Assembly: GCA_963693365.1 (NCBI GenBank)
Contig: CAVNZM010000013.1
Location: forward strand, 1,141,817-1,205,816
Reading direction: 5' to 3'
Origin: Amoebidium appalachense
Lineage: Eukaryota; Protista; Ichthyosporea
DNA: 64,000 nt
This document shows positions 52,374-64,000 of this stretch, piece by piece (position 1 is the stretch's first letter; each line of letters opens with the position of its first letter). Below the pieces are notes generated by a model. The model saw only the letters and a list, made by a program, of their open reading frames with translations, did not search any database and was not told the DNA's origin. The position numbers and the translations under genes were made by a program.

Positions 52374-52520
52374 GGGGGGCAGGGGTACCGGTAGCAGCAT
52401 ATCAGGGTGGTGTTATGGGTTGGATGGGGTGGAGGTGGTGGTGGTGGGGTTGGGATTTGGGGTGGGGGGGGGGGGGTGGGGGATCAAAGAGCCCTGTGAG
52501 ATCGTCCGCTCTGACATAGA
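51540..52520. repeat. Diverged ~0.5-kb tandem duplication
   Basis: Blocks CGCGCGCAGGAC..AAAGGAGCCAC..AATGTACAATGTAC (~51590/~52050), GGTGGCATTTCATGGTG (51763/52258) and GGGATCAAAGAG (51913/52480) each occur twice in the same order. Confidence 0.85.
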
Positions 52521-52712
52521 GATAGTTATTTTACTCAGCCACATGATAGTGCCACATGCAGTGGGGGAACTATGCTTGTTCATGCAGTGGATATTTGTTT
52601 GGTTTCCGTTACATTGGGTAAGATATACAGGGGCATTGATCAGTCAGTCGGGCCAAGCGTTACGTGTCACATGCCTGCCACATCAAGAAGAAATCATACT
52701 AAACGGATTGCT

Positions 52713-52753
<41 letters not shown>

Positions 52754-53204
52754 ACCCCACACACACACACTGAAAGACACAAAGTAGGGAGACCACACAT
52801 TATAAGCTGCATATTACAGTATAGTTATGATTAGAACTTTCATAGAACTTACGATACATCTCGAGGCAAAAAAAGCTCATCATCCAAAGGAAAAACCCCC
52901 TATGTACAACCACTCCACCCAGAAAAAGGGAGGGGGGGGGGGGGGGGGGGGGGGGGGGAGCATCTTTGTTAAACGAATATATTTGGTTGGCTTAAACGTA
53001 GTAGCCATTCTTAGATATTCTAGAAGAACATGCACGCTAAAAGTCTAACCAGGCTGGAAACTCTGTCTACACCACAGCCGCTGGGTCTGACATGCATGTT
53101 AGGCTGCAAGCAGTACTATGCGAGGTTTAGCAAACTTTGCGTTGATGAAATCATTAATTGCCTTACGCGACGCAGGATATGGCCCACAAACGGCCTGAAA
53201 TCTA

Positions 53205-55367
<2,163 letters not shown>

Positions 55368-58171
55368 ATTGTTGCCACTAGTTGGGACGAAACGGTACAA
55401 TGGTTTCACGAACACCACAAACTCTGCGCGCCACTGCCATGTTGTGAGAACGACCGTCTGCTGAGTGGCTTATGTTGGCGCCTGAAATAAGGTGTACCAA
55501 TCATTTGCAAGAGTTTGGACTATGTTCATTGGTTGTAGCTCAGGTGTAAGTGTAGGCGGCAGGCTAGGTAAGAACCGGTTCGGTTCAGAAGTGAAACTGT
55601 TCAGATGACCCGATGATTCTGGGTCGAATCAAAGAAATTCTCAAAGGTTCGGGTCAAAACTCAAAATGATCATCCGGCCTTACGTTGCAAAAAACTACGT
55701 AAGCTATCACCTTGCGTTGATTCGTAATAAGTCATGCATAATGAAAAACGCTGTTTAATGCTTGTGATTGGCTGAGGTGAAGACGTAAGGGCAATGATTG
55801 GCCATGAAGAGAGCACTTTTAAAGATTGAGAAGATTGAGATAAAATGGCTTTAAAATGTATATCACGTTTGTAGATCGCCGTGACGCATAGCTTAGTATA
55901 TAGAAAAGAGACACCCCTTTGTTTTAAACCCTGTTATAACCTCACAATTCTACTGGATGGTGCCATACGCCTAGGTGTTCCACTCGATCACTAGTGGGCC
56001 AGGGCCGCCAGAGCGTAACTACATATAGGCCCTGAAACGATTCAGACAAAATGTTTTCTGCGAAAAACTCGGCACTAAGGCCGCGGAAGAACCGCTATCT
56101 TGGGACGTGTGGTAATAGCCCGGTGCGAAGTCATGGGGGACTTCAAGTGAATCGTCATAAATATGATGGGTATTCCTTACCGAGGCTGGGAAAAAAGACA
56201 GCGTCAACAAATTTTAGACCAATACAAATAGCTGCTGCAGATGCCATAGTCTAACTAACCTACATATGTGAGGTAATTCTGACGCACTGCAGTGACTGCA
56301 CTCTTGCCTCGCATGAGTCATATGACGGTCACGCCGGACGGGGACCGTACATGTGCACAGACATGTGCACGAATGTATCCGTAGCACGTACGCCGCTGAG
56401 TTACTGTACGCACTTCGATAAATTTATGAACATTAACAGCATCCATTTCTCCCTGTAAATTAAAAGTTGTTTGATATAGCAGAAAATGGCATATCAGCGT
56501 GGAAGTAAAGCATTTGTGTTTGCTTCGGTGACTGAGAGCTCTTTGCGTGGGCACCGGGCCAAACTTTTATTGTCGTGCATTTGGATCTTATGCGGGGACG
56601 TTTCTTGTTGGCCTTGCTGTTGATTGGTTGAATGCTCCACGTTTCCCGAAAATATGTAAGATAGATCCAGAATAAAATGAAAGAGGAAAAAAGAAATTTT
56701 CAAAATTTCAACAAAAAGATATCCACACCATGTGTTCAGCGCACCAAAATAATTGGGCCAGGACAAATACATGTACAGCGAACACTGTATGCAAAGACAT
56801 CAAACTCTAGTTATTATATAGAAGGTAGTCATCTAGGGAGCATTCGCGCTATGAAGAAAAGGGGGGAAAAAAATAAGCTTTATGCGCGAGTCAAATTCCC
56901 AGGATTCGCCGAGTCATATCAAAGGCCCCAAGCGGTTGCAAGCTCCGTATTGCTTGAGGTTTTGATGGAAGCTACCCGGCCGCTGGCTACCGTATATAAT
57001 GGACATTTTAATTTTGTATTGCTTTGTTTAACGTTAAAAGAAGATCTGTTTATAACAAATGTAGCAGTTTTTATTGAAATGCCGAGTGAATTTCATCGAA
57101 GTTCGATTTGAAAGATTGTGCAATACGCTCGTTAGGCTTCCAGCGATCATGCGGTGGCAACGGCATATTTTTCCCCTCCTCACTCTGTTCCGAACGGTAA
57201 AAAGTTTTTGATGTCCTCCTTTCGTGTGCAAGAAACTAAACGCTACGTCGAAGCTACGGTGAGTACTGGGCTGTCTCATTATGGCCGAGCTCCACAGTGC
57301 TGAGATGTGAACAATGCCATATGAAAAGTAGAGAATTATCACTAGTAGTCTACTATTAGAACTAGAATTTTCCAAAACCCTAAACCCTACCTTCAGTTGA
57401 TAGCTTTACTCGTCGCGTAAAAAGGTGGGCTGCCTGCGTAAGTCAACACGGTCACACGGTGCCTATGATCATTTCAAGTCACTGCGTGAAGGAAAACTTA
57501 TTCTCTCTAGATTCTCTCACGCTGGTACAGATCGAATGATTGCTTCTCTGTTTGGGAGTATGCTCTTTACTGTTGGTTTCTGAAAGTAGTCAGAGACAGT
57601 TTGGAGCATTGCAATTGTCCTCCCACTCAGTTGGTTTTTCAGTTTGTGAAAAAGTGATAGTATCATGTATGAGGTTCAACCCAATCCCGATCTTTTTTTG
57701 GAAGCAACTGGCACTGTCGACCTTGAGCATCACACAGCTTGTGTGACACTAAGCAGTATCGTCCCACAGAGCACGTCAACATAGCGACAGCGGCGTCTTC
57801 AGAACGGGAACCCAACAGCGTCGGCAATCCTAGAATGCCTCCGGGAACGTCACACTGAGGTGGGATTCAAGAAACATGTGGGCCTTCCCCTGCCAAACTC
57901 CATCGGGTGCTTGCTGTGAGGAGTTCTGCATCCGCAGATTGTCTTGAACCTGTCCGGTGTTTGGCCATGGATACGGTGAGGTACGTGCACACCCACCATT
58001 CCAGTGATCAGGTGTTAGCAGTAGATGTGTGCTCCAACACGACACCTTACGTAAGCAGTTTAATTGAAGTTACCAACAAGCTTTGTTTTGCATGTATTTT
58101 TTACCAAGGCTAGCAGCTACGATGTTGGCATGGTGTACATGCACGTTACTACGGTATGAGCTTTTTCTTTA

Positions 58172-58300
58172 CCACATTTGGTGCGGTTGCTTGTGGGCAG
58201 CCAACACGAATGGCTAATTCCCGCTAGCCGTTAACAGCGGCCGGAGGGCAGGAATTAGGCATAGTATTGGTTGCCTGCCTGCCAAACGCACCAAACATGG
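58172..58300 (+). repeat. 129-nt foldback hairpin, copy 1 (structured RNA or MITE)
   Basis: Nested pairs TTTGGTGCG/CGCACCAAA, GGCAGCCAA/TTGGTTGCC, CTAATTCC/GGAATTAG, GCCGTT/AGCGGC. Near-identical copy at 59376-59504. Confidence 0.8.
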
Positions 58301-58598
58301 TTTCGGGTCAAAACTACATACATGGACTAGGGCTCGGTCTGCTCTTTAGATTGCTAGGTTGACGTGCTCCCATGAATGTCGCGCCATCACACGTCATAAT
58401 GTGCATCTCCTTGACGATTGGCAGCTGCGGGCACTGGTGAGACGAAACCGGGTATTGTGCATTGAGACTTAGCGAATACTTACAGGTGAGTTGTTCACTG
58501 GCATGGATGCAGATGTGTGTTAAGTCCGTCAGTTTCTGCGTTGAAGTGTGTGTGCATCGAGTACCTCAATCTTGAAAAGAAGCCTTTGCTGTACTCCA

Positions 58599-58639
<41 letters not shown>

Positions 58640-59375
58640 AAAAAAAAAAAAGCAAACTTTGTTGTGTGCTTTGCAATCTGTATTGTGTACGTAATGAATG
58701 TGTACTTCATACTGTGTAACACATCCCCCCCTCGGGATCCCCCCCCCCCCCCCCCCCCCCCCCCAAAGATATATGCCGAAGACATTTTCATGCTGTTTTT
58801 GCGACAGCAGGGGCACATTTGCTAGAATTCGTGGATTTGTATTCCCCTTGCCTTCCCCCCTCGGGCCCCTCCAAAATCCTCCTCGGCCCCATGCTTCGGG
58901 CCTCATGCGGTGGATTCATTCTGCTGAAATTTTAGTTTTTTTTCAAACAAGTTAAAGTGACTTTCACTTCAACTTTTCCAGGATGCAGATTGAAATCCAG
59001 CCTCTCAGTGTCGGCAGCCTACGGCCGTGCAGCTGCTTCCTTCAGTCTTCAAATTGAATGCCCCTGCAAAACGCGTCCCCAAGACTCAGCTGAAAGATTA
59101 ATCCTTGGTCACCGTGGGCCATGACTTCCCATCAAGTTCCAGTTACTCTGCCACACCGTGCTTAGTACCCTACCAGCCCCCCAGTAGTTATTACCCCCCC
59201 CCCCCCCCCCCTTCCTCCTCCTCCTCCTTCCTCTTTTTCCCTCCCTGTTTCCCCCGGCTGTTTTTACGGGTGCACCATATACTGTGTATAAAAGGCTTTT
59301 CAATGCTTCTACGGTACCAGTTTGTAACTGGTAACATCCCCCTTCATGCTCCCGCTTCATGTGGTGGTGTGGTGA

Positions 59376-59504
59376 CTACATTTGGTGCGGTTGCTTGTGG
59401 GCAGCCAATACGAATGGCTAATTCCCGCTAGCCGTTGACAGCGGCCGGAGGGCAGGAATTAGGCATAGTATTGGTTGCCTACCTGCCAAACGCACCAAAC
59501 ATGG
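59376..59504 (+). repeat. 129-nt foldback hairpin, copy 2
   Basis: Differs from 58172-58300 at about 4 positions. Confidence 0.8.
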
Positions 59505-59880
59505 TTTATGATCAAAAACCTCCCTGCTTCCCTTACCTGATTCACTTTGCAATTGTATGTGTTCATTTGGGCTTCGATATCAGTTTTGTTTCTGCATTGC
59601 ATTGATTTGCACTGAACGTTTGCACTTCTCTGACTTACTTGCCCTCACTTGCGCCCCCCCCCCCCCCCCCCCCCCCCCCTTCTTTCCTCCCTCCCTCCCT
59701 CCCTCCCTCCCTCCCTCCCTTCCTTCCTTCCTTCCTTCCTTCCTTCCTTCCGGGGACGGTGGGGTTTATTTGAGTACCCCCTGCCTGAACAGGTATTAGT
59801 CGCTTGCCACTATGATTTGTTTGGCTTTGTTTTTACATCTGTTTTAAATGGATTGATGTAAACTTTTCTTTTTGTGTATG

Positions 59881-59928
<48 letters not shown>

Positions 59929-60877
59929 TTCCACACACACACTCACACACTCACACTTTTCGCCTCCATGCACACGTACCACATCCACAAAGCTCTTCTG
60001 CTGGCAGGGGTCCGAATCTCGCAGCTCACTGCAGGAGTGAATGAATATTGATTGTTTTTGAGCCACCGATATCGATAGTATGATATGCATGCCGTGCACG
60101 CGAGTGATTGTTCCTGGCTCGAAGTAGGACGTAGTTCTTATCCTTAGCTAAGTTGCATCTTGAAGTTCATTCTGTGGATGATTTTGGTTTGAGCTCCGAG
60201 CGGCAGCATATGCAACACAGAGGCACGGTGTGCCACATGACATTGTGATAAAGATAATGTCCATCTTGCCACAGCAGTGCGCTCACGGCACTGACTTCTC
60301 ATGATCACTGAGCAACAACTCTCTCGACATGGAAGTTTTGCAGTAGATGTGCTGTATTACAGGTGTAAACATATGCATGCCTGGTGTTGGATTTGATTAA
60401 AGTGGATTTTTTTGTGTGCATGTGCGCAGTGTGTGACTTCTACGTGAATTGCCGAGCGCTAACCTCGTGCCACGCGGCCATCACGTTGATCATGACGATG
60501 TTAATTTGATGAGAAACATATTATCTACTTTTTCATAGTTCCCGAAACATTAGTTCAGAAAATACATACCGAGTCTTTGTATGTACATGTGCCGTGTCGA
60601 CAGCAACCACAATCCGGCCGTCCAGCAAATTTGAATTTACCAGCCGCTGCCGCTTGTGAAGAAATAGAAAAAGTACTAGTGTTTCTTGTTATCCAATTTC
60701 GCGATCGTTTTGTTTATTTATATTATATTTATCTATTTAATGATATTATTATGACTTTCTGGTGTGTGTGTTGTGTGTGTGTGTACAGTGTGTGTGTGTG
60801 TGCGTGTGGAGGGCCCGGCCGGGCTGCAGCGTCTATAGCGCAGGCCAGGTAACCGGTACCGGTGCAGGGGACACCTG

Positions 60878-62079
<1,202 letters not shown>

Positions 62080-62139
62080 GACACCTGCAGTGAGGGGAGC
62101 AACCGGCATAGCGTCATCCAACCGGCAACGGTTACCGTT

Positions 62140-62230
62140 ATTTGATTGGAGAGCTTCGTTACAACGTCCCTTGTAATTGGCTAGATCTATTCTATTAGTG
62201 GTAAAAAGCTGGTAGGCCGTGATTGGCTAG
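62140..62230 (+). promoter_or_regulatory. Cluster of three inverted CCAAT boxes; candidate promoter of the downstream kinase gene
   Basis: GATTGG ~62144, AATTGGCT ~62176 and GATTGGCT 62221, in repeat-free DNA ~1.5 kb upstream of the kinase exon. Confidence 0.35.
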
Positions 62231-62349
62231 AAAGGAGATGTGACTTCTGTGGCCAGGTACCAGGAGTCAGCGGCTTTTACTGTTACTCGGCGCTTCACTT
62301 TGAGTAAGGCTCTGCTACCAAAACAGAAATAAAAGATTTTGAAATTTGT

Positions 62350-62447
<98 letters not shown>

Positions 62448-63595
62448 GATAAATCTGCCGTGCTTATGCAATGGGCGGCTTTTTGGACTCCCGAGGTTTC
62501 TTTGTTGGAGTTTTCATTGATTAAAAATCATGCACATTTGTCACCGTTGTGGCTCTGGCTGAGTAGATAACGAATTATGTCACGCTATCGGGCACCGTAT
62601 TTGGAAGGCGGTTCTTGGCACCAGTTTCTGTGCGCGGCGGCAACCGATGTTGGCAACTTTTCAAGTTTGGTCAAGTTTTTTGTGCACTTGCCAATTTTTC
62701 TTATATTAGCTTCAAAGATCTCATGTACGAGATTGATGCCACGTTGTTCAAATTGAGCTTTGTGTTTTATCTGAACAGTGCTATAGCTTTTTTATTTTTT
62801 GTGAAGAGGTCTGGGAAATACAAGATCCCTATATTGTTCATCTTGCCCTAGTTCGAACTGATGTTTTTTTTTTTGAGGACACAAAACCCAAGTTCAGTGG
62901 TAAAGAAGCAGGGTGTTTATGCTTGTTCCTGCCTGTTACCATCACTTATCGCCAGAAAGGTATACAAAAGATTACAAGATAACAAACGAGGTTTGTTTTT
63001 TCTCTGCTCGATCGGACTCCTGAGAACGTAGATGCAACATTGAATTGAATTCGTTCGTTTTATAACTTTGTAGTTTTGGGTAGTAAATTAAGAAGGGTAC
63101 TTTCCGAGAAGTCTGTTGGGTAAACTCCACGAGCCTTTAACTTGTGGATTATATAGAGAGTAGTAAGAAGAACAGGTGTTGGGCTGCTGCTGCAGCCCCC
63201 GGTTCCTGAGGTAAGGCTCCACAAGTTGATGTGTTGGCTCATATACGCTCTGTGACGTTTTGTAGCTAAAAGAATTCAGGTGCTTGAGCCACACATGCAT
63301 TGATTTGTGTAATGCATATCATGCAGTTGTCTTATGGTCTCTGTTTTTGGTTTCTGTTTTTGCTTGTGCCTTTTGCATCCCATGTGGTAGCGCACTCATC
63401 ACACAGCTTAGTCTCAACCAGCAAAGGAGAGCGGATACGCTGAAGTTCTGCTCCCCGCAAAACTTGGCAGACTTTGGTTGCCATAAAACTCGATCAGTTT
63501 CACGCATGTTTGACATGTCGTGCACATGCATTTTCCGTTTACTTTTTGTTGGAGTGGTGGTGGTGGTGGTGGTTGTTGTTGTTGTGGTGGTGGGT

Positions 63596-63638
<43 letters not shown>

Positions 63639-63745
63639 GGGGGAGTATAGGGGCGGAGGGTGGGTTTGGGGGGGTGGGAGGGGGAGAGGGGCAGGGCAGA
63701 TCTGTTTCTCGAAGTTAACATCTCACTTGCGCATCCTTTTGACAG

Positions 63746-63848
63746 AATGCCAGAGATATCTCAGAACGTGCAACAAAATGTGGATCCAGCTCTCGTATAC
63801 GAGACGCTGGATCTGATTGGCGATGGGAGTTTCGGCGAAGTCCATAAG
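63746..63848 (+). CDS. STE20-family (SLK/LOK-like) Ser/Thr kinase, N-terminal coding exon; gene continues beyond the window
   Basis: ttttgacag| acceptor, then MPEISQNVQQNVDPALVYETLDLIGDGSFGEVHK|gt. The Gly-rich loop GDGSFGEV and the preceding 'V..NVDP...YE' resemble SLK/LOK subdomain I. Absent from the ORF track. Confidence 0.8.
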
Positions 63849-63907
63849 GTGCTCACAAATCCATATTTGCCTCACCAGCCCCAACACCCGTCCCTCCCAA
63901 CGCCACT

Positions 63908-63940
<33 letters not shown>

Positions 63941-64000
63941 ACCCAAACCGGGGTCTCCTCCCTCGCCAACCCCCCTCCCCCGACTGCTTTGCTTCTGCTA

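Noticed and set aside
56677-57375. ORFs 56677-57111 (+) and 57034-57375 (-)
   Set aside because: No motifs or supporting exon structure.
57375-57391. Telomere-like AAACCCTAAACCCTA (also GGTTAGGG near 7581)
   Set aside because: Only about two units; expected by chance.
62861-62912. Candidate first coding exon of the kinase (MFFFLRTQ...)
   Set aside because: Its phase does not match the 63746 exon unless the T-run length is wrong; left unassigned.

Overview
Eukaryotic nuclear DNA in the standard code with GT-AG spliceosomal introns, saturated with poly(C)/poly(G), (CA/TG)n and (GA)n tracts. Most ORF-track entries are microsatellite read-throughs. Genes reconstructed by hand: terminal exon of a long-chain acyl-CoA synthetase (+); an 11-exon RRP8 rRNA methyltransferase (-); a divergent 9-exon Gfo/Idh/MocA oxidoreductase (+); an intronless EXTL2-like GT64 glycosyltransferase (+); and one exon of an SLK/LOK-like STE20 kinase (+). 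Mobile DNA: one apparently intact APE-RT non-LTR retrotransposon, a fossil relative of it interrupted by an insertion with an 11-bp TSD, two Mutator (MULE) remnants, a non-autonomous hAT element with perfect TIR/TSD, and several MITE-like foldbacks. Most unusual observations: (1) diverged 'echo' copies of exon-intron junctions inside the adjacent introns; (2) introns with poly(C) right after the donor and (CA)n in place of a polypyrimidine tract; (3) a LINE 3'UTR complementary to the start of its own ORF2; (4) a six-copy array of a 69-nt exon-like cassette; (5) a duplicated 129-nt G-U-containing hairpin. The organism cannot be identified from the sequence; an opisthokont protist is only a guess.
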